The notes: generated by a model from the letters alone, not told the origin. Shown: positions 1 through 7,198, counted from the stretch's first letter. The stretch is DNA of 11,051 bases from a virus (IMGVR_UViG_2671180296_000007:1-11051), one strand, 5' to 3'. Translations and numbers: made by a program.

Positions 1-1242
1 ATGGCGAGAAAAACACCCCCATTAACCACAGTGCAGATCAAAGCAGCCAGACCAGCGCAAAAGGAGTACACCCTACAGGACGGCGGTGGGCTTTTTCTCC
101 TGGTAAAACCGTCCGGATCAAAACTCTGGCGATTTTCCTACTACCGACCATCGGACAAAAAAAGAATATTGCTGAGTTTTGGATCGCTTGAAGATGTTTC
201 CCTGGCTGATGCCAGAAAACGCCGTAGCGAGTACAGGACGTTAATCAGTGCCGGAACTGACCCGCAGGACCATGAGAAGAAAAAACGAGAGGCAGAGGCC
301 CGAAGACAAGGGAACACGTTCGAAAATGTGGCGGCGGCATGGTACCAGGTGAAAATCAGCCAGAATCTGGCCCCCAACACGATTAAAGACATCTGGCGTT
401 CGCTGGATAAATATGTATTCCCGTTCATCGGCAACACGCCAATAGATACCCTCACTGCCCGAAGGTTCGTTGAGGTGCTTACACCCATCAAGGAGCGCGG
501 CAACCTGGAAACACTCAAGCGGGTTTTACAGCGCGTTAATGAGGTAATGGATTACGCCGCCAACAGTGGGCTGATTGATGCCAATCCGGCTATGAATGTG
601 CGTAAGGCGTTCCCCTCCCCTGTAAAAAAACATATGCCAACAATCCGCCCCGAACAGTTGCCGGAGCTTATGCAGGCTTTATCCGTATCAGCAACAGAAC
701 GGCAGACCAGATTACTGATTGAATGGCAGCTACTGACTGTAACCCGTCCGGTTGAAGCATCGTCAGCACGCTGGGAAGAAATCGACATGGACGCGCAACA
801 ATGGACGATCCCCGCCGGACGCATGAAGATGCGGCGTGATCACGTTATCCCGCTTTGTAGTCAGGCTATGGCGGTACTGGAGGCCATGAAGCCAATCAGC
901 CACCACCGCGAGCACGTTTTCCCTAGCCTGAAAGACCCACGGCAGCCTATGAACAGCCAGACCGCCAACGCAGCATTGCGGCGAATGGGATTCGCTGGCG
1001 TGCTGGTGTCTCATGGATTACGCGCCATATTCAGCACAGCAGCGAACGAGGAAGGATTCGAGCCGGACGTAATCGAGGCCGCACTCGCACACGTGGACAC
1101 GAACGAGGTAAGGCGAGCATATAACCGAAGTAACTACCTGGAAAAGCGCGTGGTGCTTATGCGCTGGTGGGGGGAATTTGTAGAGGCCGCAGCAACCGGA
1201 GTGACCATAGCCAGTGGTAAAAGGGGTATCCGTGCCGTGTAA
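1..1242 (+). CDS. int: Tyrosine recombinase / phage integrase, P4-type
   Basis: Full ORF of 413 aa. The N-terminus (KEYTLQDGGGLFLLVKPSGSKLWRFSYY) is typical of the P4-integrase N-terminal domain, and the C-terminal half has the recombinase-like HGLRAIFST region and a tyrosine near the C-terminus (RRAYNRSNYLEKR). Recognised from family knowledge, not searched. Confidence 0.9.
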   Translation: MARKTPPLTTVQIKAARPAQKEYTLQDGGGLFLLVKPSGSKLWRFSYYRPSDKKRILLSFGSLEDVSLADARKRRSEYRTLISAGTDPQDHEKKKREAEARRQGNTFENVAAAWYQVKISQNLAPNTIKDIWRSLDKYVFPFIGNTPIDTLTARRFVEVLTPIKERGNLETLKRVLQRVNEVMDYAANSGLIDANPAMNVRKAFPSPVKKHMPTIRPEQLPELMQALSVSATERQTRLLIEWQLLTVTRPVEASSARWEEIDMDAQQWTIPAGRMKMRRDHVIPLCSQAMAVLEAMKPISHHREHVFPSLKDPRQPMNSQTANAALRRMGFAGVLVSHGLRAIFSTAANEEGFEPDVIEAALAHVDTNEVRRAYNRSNYLEKRVVLMRWWGEFVEAAATGVTIASGKRGIRAV

Positions 1243-1343
1243 CTGTACAAAAAACCAGTAAAAGCGATGCAAACCATGCTAAACCATCGTATAATCACCA
1301 TATACAGAGAGACCCGACTCTTGAAATTCAAGGAGTTATCCGA

Positions 1344-1586
1344 GTGTTTTTCAATGAAAAGGTATCCCCTGCCTATGGTGAAGGCCTTCAACTGGCCTTA
1401 ATGGCAAATCGTGAATTCTGGTCAACGTACGATCCGGAAGACAAATCAACTGCCCCCACAAAACACGAGGTAGTCAGTTTTTTGCGCTCGCGTGGCGCAT
1501 CGAAAAATCTGGCTGAAAGTATCGACAAGGTGCTGAGGCCCACCAGCCTTAAATGCGGTGGGCGACCTAAGAAGTGGAAACGGTAA
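1344..1586 (+). CDS. Hypothetical small protein (80 aa from GTG, or 61 aa from the ATG at 1401)
   Basis: ORF preceded by AGGAG (1331-1335) 8 nt before GTG 1344 and followed by a hairpin plus T-run. Basic C-terminal tail GGRPKKWKR. No family recognised. Confidence 0.35.
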   Translation: MFFNEKVSPAYGEGLQLALMANREFWSTYDPEDKSTAPTKHEVVSFLRSRGASKNLAESIDKVLRPTSLKCGGRPKKWKR

Positions 1587-1591
1587 TCACA

Positions 1592-1621
1592 ATAGCGGCC
1601 CCTTGCGGTCGCTATTTTTTT
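1592..1621 (+). terminator. Rho-independent terminator-like hairpin plus T-run
   Basis: Imperfect stem atagcggcc / ggtcgctat immediately followed by tttttttt, 6 nt after the stop of the 1344-1586 ORF. Confidence 0.4.
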
Positions 1622-1657
1622 GCAGAAAGAAAAGCGTAATCAATAAGATAAAAAACA

Positions 1658-1691
1658 GTGGGTACCGTTTTAAAACGGTGGGTACTGTTTT
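1658..1691. promoter_or_regulatory. Putative operator: perfect 16-bp palindrome within two direct 14-bp repeats
   Basis: ACCGTTTTAAAACGGT (1664-1679) is a perfect palindrome. It sits inside tandem copies GTGGGTACCGTTTT (1658-1671) and GTGGGTACTGTTTT (1678-1691), about 70 bp upstream of the alpA start. Confidence 0.4.
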
Positions 1692-1756
1692 TCCCGCCCT
1701 GCCCTGTTTTACCGTATTTATCACCGGAATACGCCGGATTAACGAGGTAAAACATA

Positions 1757-1963
1757 GTGGAAACAATCAGAAAAATTCTTACCCGTCAGGAAGTAAAAAA
1801 TATTCTGCGCATCAAGGCAGACAGTTCGCTACAGGACATGATCAACGCCGGAAAATTCCCGAAAGGCTTCAAAATCGGTCTGCGCCGTGTTGGCTGGTAT
1901 GAAGATGAAGTGCTGGCCTGGCTGAAAGAGCGCGAGGAAGAAGCGCGCGGAACGGCTGCGTAA
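1757..1963 (+). CDS. alpA: AlpA-family DNA-binding regulator (phage transcriptional regulator / excisionase-like)
   Basis: 68 aa with GTG start. Pattern LTRQEV..IL.I...S..DMINAGKFPKGFKIG.RRVGWYEDEVLAWL fits the AlpA signature. Position directly after int is the canonical P4/PICI arrangement. Confidence 0.8.
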   Translation: METIRKILTRQEVKNILRIKADSSLQDMINAGKFPKGFKIGLRRVGWYEDEVLAWLKEREEEARGTAA

Positions 1964-2110
1964 TGGTGTGAGGCGTAACGCGATGAACATAACAAAAAGC
2001 GCCCCGTTGCCGGAGCGCCCTTGCGAACAATTAACCTGCTGCGAAAAAAATGGATCAGTGCAGTGGAATTATATCAACCGTGTGACGAAGCGCCACAATT
2101 GCCGGATAAC

Positions 2111-2142
2111 AGGCAAAACAAAGGCCACCCGCTACGGTGGCC
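2111..2142 (-). terminator. Putative rho-independent terminator for the minus-strand small gene
   Basis: Stem ggccacc (2123-2129) / ggtggcc (2136-2142) with a 6-nt loop. On the minus strand it is followed by TTTGTTTTGCCT. Confidence 0.4.
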
Positions 2143-2245
2143 CCTCGACACAAGCTACACGTTATCCCCAACGCATGAGCATAGCCAACAATGCCACATT
2201 TGCGGCTGGTGGGCAAAGCGTAACCGGAAAAAAATTCCGGTGGAG

Positions 2246-2425
2246 CTACTCCTGCTCTTTGGCCTTGCGGCGCTGGCGGCGTTTGATCTCGCCGCGCATG
2301 GCTGCACTTATAAACTGCCCTGTACTTTCGCCTTCTTCTTTCACGTTTTCCATGCCTTCAATAATTTCATGGGCAATACGTGCAGTTACAGATTGTGATT
2401 TTGCATTCTTTGGACCTGTTGCCAT
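2246..2425 (-). CDS. Small basic-tailed protein (59 aa), putative transcriptional regulator of the divergent switch
   Basis: Start set at the internal ATG (2425) because a perfect AAGGAG lies 5 nt upstream on the minus strand. Sequence MATGPKNAKSQSVTARIAHEIIEG...KRRQRRKAKEQE. Divergent from the Icd-like operon with shared repeated operators. Function inferred from context only. Confidence 0.5.
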   Translation of the reverse strand: MATGPKNAKSQSVTARIAHEIIEGMENVKEEGESTGQFISAAMRGEIKRRQRRKAKEQE

Positions 2426-2445
2426 GTCTAACTCCTTATGTTTTT

Positions 2446-2540
2446 GGTGTAAGACAATATACACGAAAAAAAATTATTTTGAAGGGTTGACGTGTAAGAC
2501 ACTATTATTTTACATTGTGTCTTACACCTTGTTGATACAA
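2446..2540. promoter_or_regulatory. Divergent promoter/operator region with three copies of TGTAAGACAC
   Basis: Direct copies at 2447-2456 and 2492-2502; inverted copy at 2517-2527, giving a perfect 11-bp inverted repeat with 14-bp spacer. Candidate -35 TTGACG (2487-2492) and -10 TACATT (2511-2516) for the + operon. Candidate minus-strand -35 TTCAAA / -10 TATATT overlap the operator copy at 2447-2456. Confidence 0.45.
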
Positions 2541-2624
2541 GGTGCAGAAACGACGAAACCCGGCAGTGCGCTAACACTAACCGGGCTTCTAACCACCAAC
2601 GATAACGAGAGTATCGAGGTAGCT

Positions 2625-3239
2625 ATGTTAAATCATACCATACACCCGCAAGGGCGGGACTCGCACAACCTGAATAAATATATCTGGCGTTTTATCGCCC
2701 TGAGCACAGCACAACCGCGCGTGATTACCATTGAGGCCACCAGCGAACAGGAAGCACGCCAGAAAAACCAGTTGATCGCCATTGCCAGCCAGGGCTATGA
2801 TTTATCCGCACCAGCAAAATCTGGTGCCGGGATTGGCGTCCTGGTATTTAACGAAGCGCACAACACGCGCCCTGCGTGTTTTTTTGTGCCGGATAGTCAC
2901 ACCTTATCAATGGTGGGCTGTATGGGGGCGGAGCAATCCGCGCCGGGTTCTTCGTTAACCGGTTACGCCAACCCTGTACAGTCTACCGCCAGCGAAATTG
3001 GCGTTTCCTGCGGTGGGTTTATTAAACCTAACGAAGAGGCTGCCAACATGGCTACTATCCCTGCCCTCGTACATTCTCAAACTGCCTTTATCTGGCGCTT
3101 TATCATCTTTGGCGCGTCAGAATCCCAAATCATCCACGTAACCGCCTGGACGGAACGCGAAGCGCGTAGTCGTTGCCCGTCCGGTTGTGTTGCTGTATTC
3201 GCCGCCCGTATTCGTCAGGAGGTGCGCCATGTGCAATAA
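2625..3239 (+). CDS. Icd-like (host cell division inhibitor-like) protein with two copies of the Icd motif
   Basis: The track ORF 1968-3239 is trimmed to ATG 2625 (GAGG 6 nt upstream), because the upstream part overlaps the minus-strand gene and the promoter region. Two copies of the motif: YIWRFIALSTAQPRVITIEATSEQEAR (N-terminal) and FIWRFIIFGASESQIIHVTAWTEREAR (C-terminal). Family assignment is from memory of the Icd-like signature. Confidence 0.5.
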   Translation: MLNHTIHPQGRDSHNLNKYIWRFIALSTAQPRVITIEATSEQEARQKNQLIAIASQGYDLSAPAKSGAGIGVLVFNEAHNTRPACFFVPDSHTLSMVGCMGAEQSAPGSSLTGYANPVQSTASEIGVSCGGFIKPNEEAANMATIPALVHSQTAFIWRFIIFGASESQIIHVTAWTEREARSRCPSGCVAVFAARIRQEVRHVQ

Positions 3240-3699
3240 CACCCGTCCGGACGCAGCCGCCGAAGCTATCAGAACGCTGATGCACGCGCTGATTAATATT
3301 TCTGTTATCGCAGACATGGCGCATAAACACGCCACCAGCGAAACAGAATATGCCGGGGCTTTCGTTCCTCACTCACTGGCTGTTATGCAATTTAGTGCTG
3401 ATATGGCACTGAATGAGGCTAAAGCCATCCTGATTGCTGATTGTGAAAATGGGGGGGTTATGCGTGATGATCGTTTTAATGCCCTGAAACAGGAATTTTC
3501 CGGCGTATCTGATGATGCGAGTGATGCGCTTTCGTCAATATCCGAACTGATAAGAGCGGCCTTTTTCTTACTTGGCACGAAAGAAAATAAAACAACGGGG
3601 TTTGATGTACTAAATATCACCGCTGATTATGCGGAATATGTGGCAGAAGTCGATTTAAGAAAAATCCCGAATTGTCGCGGCATTAATAACGCTTCTTGA
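3229..3699 (+). CDS. Hypothetical protein (156 aa)
   Basis: ATG 3229 preceded by AGGAGG (3217-3222) with a 6-nt spacer; overlaps the end of the upstream gene by 11 nt, suggesting one operon. Acidic, alanine-rich. No family recognised. Confidence 0.6.
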   Translation: MCNNTRPDAAAEAIRTLMHALINISVIADMAHKHATSETEYAGAFVPHSLAVMQFSADMALNEAKAILIADCENGGVMRDDRFNALKQEFSGVSDDASDALSSISELIRAAFFLLGTKENKTTGFDVLNITADYAEYVAEVDLRKIPNCRGINNAS

Positions 3700-3777
3700 G
3701 CCTGTAATAAATGAATCGCAGGAAATAGAAACATTGCACGACAGATATAAAGAACAGCACACCGGAGAATAAAAATA

Positions 3778-4077
3778 ATGAAACTTAAATATTCTGGCTT
3801 AACTGCCAGTGGCAACACTCACCCTAAATTTACGCGCGGTGATATTTACCGCGACCAGTACGGCGGCACGGTAATGATTAAGGGCGTGGCGGGACGGTGC
3901 GTAACTTACCGCCGTGAAGGTTACGAATATGATTGCGTGATGCCTGTTTATCAGTTCCGGCGTGATTTTTCTCTGGTACAGGCAGCGCCCCGCAGTAAAC
4001 CAACCAGCAGGGAGAAAGCACGCGCCAATATTCAGAAGATGAAAACCATGATTAAAGGATTCAGGGGTAAAAAATGA
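3778..4077 (+). CDS. Hypothetical small protein (99 aa), translationally coupled to the primase
   Basis: GGAG 3762-3765 upstream of ATG 3778. The stop overlaps the primase start in an ATGA motif (4074-4077). Confidence 0.6.
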   Translation: MKLKYSGLTASGNTHPKFTRGDIYRDQYGGTVMIKGVAGRCVTYRREGYEYDCVMPVYQFRRDFSLVQAAPRSKPTSREKARANIQKMKTMIKGFRGKK

Positions 4078-5828
4078 AACTGGCACCGAACGTAAAACAG
4101 CAGTCACGCGGCATAAAACACAAAGAAACAGAAGTCATTATTTTTGCGGGTAGTGATGCCTGGTCACACGCGAAACAATGGCAGGAACATGATGCGCGTA
4201 TGGCCGGAGATAATGAGCCTCCTGTGTGGCTTGGGGAGCAGCAGCTATCCGAACTGGATAATCTGCAAATTGTGCCGGAAGGCCGAAAATCAGCACGCAT
4301 ATACAGGGCCGGATATCTTGCGCCAGTAATGATAAAGGCGATTGGCCAGAAGCTGGCGGCGGCAGGCGTACAGGATGCAAATTTTTACCCTGATGGTATG
4401 CACGGTCAGAAGGTGGAGAACTGGAGCGAATATCTGGCCCGTGAGCGCCAGAATCTTTCTGATGGTCTGGTCATTGAGCTTCCGGTAATGCAAAAGGCGC
4501 AACTTTCGCAGATGGCGGACAGTGAGCGCGCACAGATGCTTGCTGGTCGATTTGATGGCGTTTGTGTGCATCCGGAAAGTGAAATCGTTCACGTATGGCG
4601 CGGCGGGGTATGGTGTCCGGTCAGCACAATGGAACTTAGCCGCGAAATGGTGGCGATCTATTCAGAGCACAGGGCCACTTTCAGCAAGCGCGTAATCAAT
4701 AACGCCGTGGAAGCGTTAAAAGTTATTGCCGAACCAATGGGCGAGCCGTCCGGCGATTTGTTGCCGTTCGCCAATGGTGCGCTTGACCTGAAAACGGGGG
4801 AATTTTCCCCGCACACGCCGGAGAACTGGATCACCACGCACAACGGCATTGAGTACACGCCACCAGCACCTGGGGAGAACATCCGCGATAACGCGCCAAA
4901 CTTTCATAAATGGCTTGAGCACGCAGCCGGAAAAGACCCGCGCAAGATGATGCGTATATGTGCCGCGCTGTACATGATTATGGCGAACCGGTACGACTGG
5001 CAGATGTTTATTGAGGCCACCGGAGACGGCGGGAGCGGTAAAAGTACATTCACGCACATAGCCAGCCTTCTGGCAGGGAAACAGAACACGGTGAGCGCGG
5101 AGATGACATCGCTTGATGATGCTGGTGGACGTGCGCAGGTTGTCGGGAGTCGTCTTATCGTCCTGGCTGACCAGCCGAAATATACAGGCGAAGGAACGGG
5201 CATCAAGAAAATCACGGGCGGCGACCCCGTGGAAATAAACCCGAAATATGAGAAGCGTTTTACGGCGGTAATCAGGGCGGTGGTGCTGGCTACCAACAAT
5301 AACCCGATGATATTCACCGAACGGGCCGGAGGTGTGTCACGTCGTCGCGTAATTTTCCGTTTCGACAATATCGTCAGTGAGGCCGAAAAAGACAGGGAGC
5401 TACCGGAAAAGATTGCGGCTGAAATCCCTGTCATTATCCGCCGATTGCTGGCGAACTTTACCGACCCTGAGAAGGCACGGGCTTTACTACTGGAACAGCG
5501 TGACGGTGATGAAGCACTGGCAATAAAGCAACAGACGGATCCGGTTATTGAGTTTTGCCAGTTCCTGAATTTTCTGGAGGAAGCGCGCGGCCTGATGATG
5601 GGTGGCGGTGGTGATTCAGTGAAGTACACGACCAGGAACAGCCTTTATCGCGTCTATCTGGCGTTTATGGCGTACGCAGGCAGGAGCAAACCGCTAAACG
5701 TAAATGACTTTGGCAAGGCTATGAAGCCAGCCGCGAAAGTTTACGGACATGAATATATTACGCGGAAAGTTAAGGGAGTAACGCAGACTAACGCAATAAC
5801 AACAGACGAGTGCGACGCGTTTTTATAA
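4074..5828 (+). CDS. DNA primase/helicase, P4-alpha C-terminal type (D5_N-like domain plus SF3 P-loop NTPase)
   Basis: 584 aa. Walker A GDGGSGKST (about 5018-5046), Walker B-like LIVLADQP, downstream NNNP motif. Overall resemblance to phage/plasmid primase P4-family C-terminal domain proteins (PICI pri-rep type). Confidence 0.85.
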   Translation: MKLAPNVKQQSRGIKHKETEVIIFAGSDAWSHAKQWQEHDARMAGDNEPPVWLGEQQLSELDNLQIVPEGRKSARIYRAGYLAPVMIKAIGQKLAAAGVQDANFYPDGMHGQKVENWSEYLARERQNLSDGLVIELPVMQKAQLSQMADSERAQMLAGRFDGVCVHPESEIVHVWRGGVWCPVSTMELSREMVAIYSEHRATFSKRVINNAVEALKVIAEPMGEPSGDLLPFANGALDLKTGEFSPHTPENWITTHNGIEYTPPAPGENIRDNAPNFHKWLEHAAGKDPRKMMRICAALYMIMANRYDWQMFIEATGDGGSGKSTFTHIASLLAGKQNTVSAEMTSLDDAGGRAQVVGSRLIVLADQPKYTGEGTGIKKITGGDPVEINPKYEKRFTAVIRAVVLATNNNPMIFTERAGGVSRRRVIFRFDNIVSEAEKDRELPEKIAAEIPVIIRRLLANFTDPEKARALLLEQRDGDEALAIKQQTDPVIEFCQFLNFLEEARGLMMGGGGDSVKYTTRNSLYRVYLAFMAYAGRSKPLNVNDFGKAMKPAAKVYGHEYITRKVKGVTQTNAITTDECDAFL

Positions 5829-5839
5829 TTTTTTGTAAT

Positions 5840-6070
5840 TGCTGTCTACCCTGTCTACCTGAGTAAAGAAAAATACATTTAATTCAGTGCATTAAGTTAT
5901 GTAGATAGCCTTTTTTTACTATCTACCCACTATCTACCCTCTCTACCTGATTTTACCTGAATCAGACAGGGAGGTAGACACGGGGTAGATAGTGGATAAA
6001 AGCACTCTACCCCGCTGAAAGCCGCGCCATTACTGGCATGAGGGCCACTAAGGTAGATAAGGTAGACAAG
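5840..6070. repeat. Iteron array / putative origin of replication
   Basis: Hexamer core TCTACC on + at 5845, 5854, 5922, 5933, 5942 and 6006. Its complement GGTAGA at 5973, 5984, 6052 and 6061. Arms form an imperfect inverted repeat (ccactatctacc 5927-5938 versus ggtagatagtgg 5984-5995). AT-rich stretch 5872-5920 and a DnaA-box-like TTATCCACT (complement of 5991-5999). Located immediately downstream of the primase gene. Confidence 0.6.
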
Positions 6071-6116
6071 GGGAGGCACAACTCAAAACTTTTTAAACGA
6101 GGGGGTAAAAATAAAT

Positions 6117-6395
6117 ATGCACACTTCAGGGAAATTTAATAAATCACTCAAAAAACGCAGAGACAGAACAGAACCGAAATATCGCGCGTTAGACATGACA
6201 GAGCACGCTTTAAAGGTGGCAATCAGAACGATAGACCGCCACGCGGGGGAAGGATACGCGAAAGCACATCCCGACCTGATAAGCGCATTCATGACCACGA
6301 CGGCGGCAAATTTTGCCACGCTGACAGAGCGGGAGATTGCCGAAGCGGAACAGGTAACAACAATCAACGTTAAAACCGGAGAGGTGGAATCATGA
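6117..6395 (+). CDS. Hypothetical protein (92 aa)
   Basis: GAGGGGG upstream of ATG 6117. Stop overlaps the ssb start (ATGA at 6392-6395). No family recognised. Confidence 0.55.
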   Translation: MHTSGKFNKSLKKRRDRTEPKYRALDMTEHALKVAIRTIDRHAGEGYAKAHPDLISAFMTTTAANFATLTEREIAEAEQVTTINVKTGEVES

Positions 6396-6814
6396 CAGCA
6401 CAGATAGCCGCTTACGGGCGGCTGGTGGACGACCCGCAGGTAAAACAGACCAGCAAGGGCACACCGATGACGCTGGCGCGTATGGCGGTCCCCCTTCCGT
6501 GCAGCCAGGCAGATGACGGAACGGCGACGATGTGGTTATCCGTCCTGGCATTTGGCAGACAGGCCGAAGCACTGGAAAGGCACCGCAAGGGTGAACTCCT
6601 GAGCGTGGCGGGTAACATGCAGATCAGCCAGTGGACTGGGCAGAACGGAGAAACGCGGCAGGGCTGGCAGGTTATCGCAGACAGTGTAATCAGTGCGCGA
6701 ACGGCGCGACTGGGCGGCAAAAAAGGTCAACAGGGCCAGGCTACTGACGCGCTGAACAGGGCAAAACAACAGGCGGGGAATGATGATCCGTACGGGGATA
6801 ACATACCGTTTTAA
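6392..6814 (+). CDS. ssb: Single-stranded DNA-binding protein (SSB-like OB fold)
   Basis: 140 aa. Pattern GRLVDDPQVKQT..G...LARMAV...W..VLAFGRQAE......KGELLSVAG.....W....G..R follows the SSB OB-fold signature. Gly/Gln-rich linker and C-terminal DDPYGDNIPF, resembling the acidic ...DDDIPF tip of E. coli SSB. Confidence 0.8.
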   Translation: MTAQIAAYGRLVDDPQVKQTSKGTPMTLARMAVPLPCSQADDGTATMWLSVLAFGRQAEALERHRKGELLSVAGNMQISQWTGQNGETRQGWQVIADSVISARTARLGGKKGQQGQATDALNRAKQQAGNDDPYGDNIPF

Positions 6815-6829
6815 GCGACGAGTGACAGA

Positions 6830-6852
6830 AGCCGGAGCAATCCGGCTTTTTT
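6830..6852 (+). terminator. Rho-independent terminator
   Basis: Stem agccgga / tccggct with a GCAA loop followed by TTTTTT, 16 nt after the ssb stop. Confidence 0.6.
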
Positions 6853-6900
6853 ACGGGTCCTCCTAGCGGGGTGGGCCTGAACACGGGGCGGGAGGCGCGG
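6853..6900 (+). other. Degenerate cos-like sequence (cosQ-like ACGGGTCCT plus mutated cosN)
   Basis: acgggtcctcctagcggggtgggcctgaacacggggcgggaggcgcgg parallels the intact cos at 9294-9343 (acgggtcctttccggcatatggacctgttacggggcggcgacctcgcgcg). The 12-nt cohesive-end core is altered (GGGCGGGAGGCG versus GGGCGGCGACCT). Confidence 0.4.
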
Positions 6901-7032
6901 AAAAAAGCGCATTTTTGTGATTTTATCGTCATCATCATCATGAGCGTAATTTATTGTTTTTAATTGTTTTGATGCAAAAAAGATGATGTTTGTGGTTAAT
7001 TTTTGTTCGACATCTTTGCAGGCAGATAAAAA

Positions 7033-7069
7033 AGCCCGATAAGGTCAGAGGTGGCTTATCGGGCTTTTG
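7033..7069. terminator. Bidirectional terminator-like hairpin
   Basis: Stem agcccgataag (7033-7043) / cttatcgggct (7055-7065) flanked by an A-run upstream and a T-run downstream. Confidence 0.5.
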
Positions 7070-7100
7070 CATATGAGGCTTTTTGGTGCACTGACACACA

Positions 7101-7198
7101 TGATCGGGATCATCATTTCATAATTTGCAACACAACTCAACATCATTGCATAAAATGCAATCATGATTATAATCATAACTGGATGAACATCCAGTTAT
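7101..7198 (+). promoter_or_regulatory. Near-consensus sigma70-like promoter with nested palindromic operators upstream of the capsid operon
   Basis: -35 TTGCAT (7146-7151), 16-bp spacer, -10 TATAAT (7168-7173). Palindromes: TGATCggGATCA (7101-7112), TTGCATaaaATGCAA (7146-7160), ATGATTATAATCAT (7163-7176), and a perfect 11-2-11 ATAACTGGATGaaCATCCAGTTAT (7175-7198) over the predicted transcription start. Confidence 0.5.

Noticed and set aside
1-120. Search for an att site or tRNA target next to the integrase
   Set aside because: The window begins exactly at the integrase start codon. Any tRNA or att core would lie outside the window, and no tRNA-like structure was found inside it.
1558-1902. 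114-aa + strand ORF overlapping alpA in another frame
   Set aside because: Spans the terminator and operator region and overlaps alpA out of frame. The AlpA signature is in the other frame.
2021-2398. 125-aa + strand ORF
   Set aside because: Alternative frame across the same alpA-downstream region, antisense to the RBS-supported minus gene, with no RBS and no recognisable features.
1968-2624. N-terminal 219 codons of the 423-aa track ORF 1968-3239
   Set aside because: It overlaps the well-supported minus-strand gene (2246-2425) and the divergent promoter/operator region, has no RBS and a low-complexity composition. The real gene most likely starts at ATG 2625.
4904-5629. 241-aa minus-strand ORF
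   Set aside because: Lies entirely antisense within the primase/helicase gene. Ser/Arg/Pro-rich composition typical of an antisense frame in GC-rich coding DNA.
6741-6950. 66-aa minus ORF starting MMMM, and the (ATC)x4 microrepeat at 6928-6944
   Set aside because: The Met run is simply the translation of the short CAT/ATC repeat. The ORF crosses the terminator and cos-like remnant. The repeat is too short to call a microsatellite.
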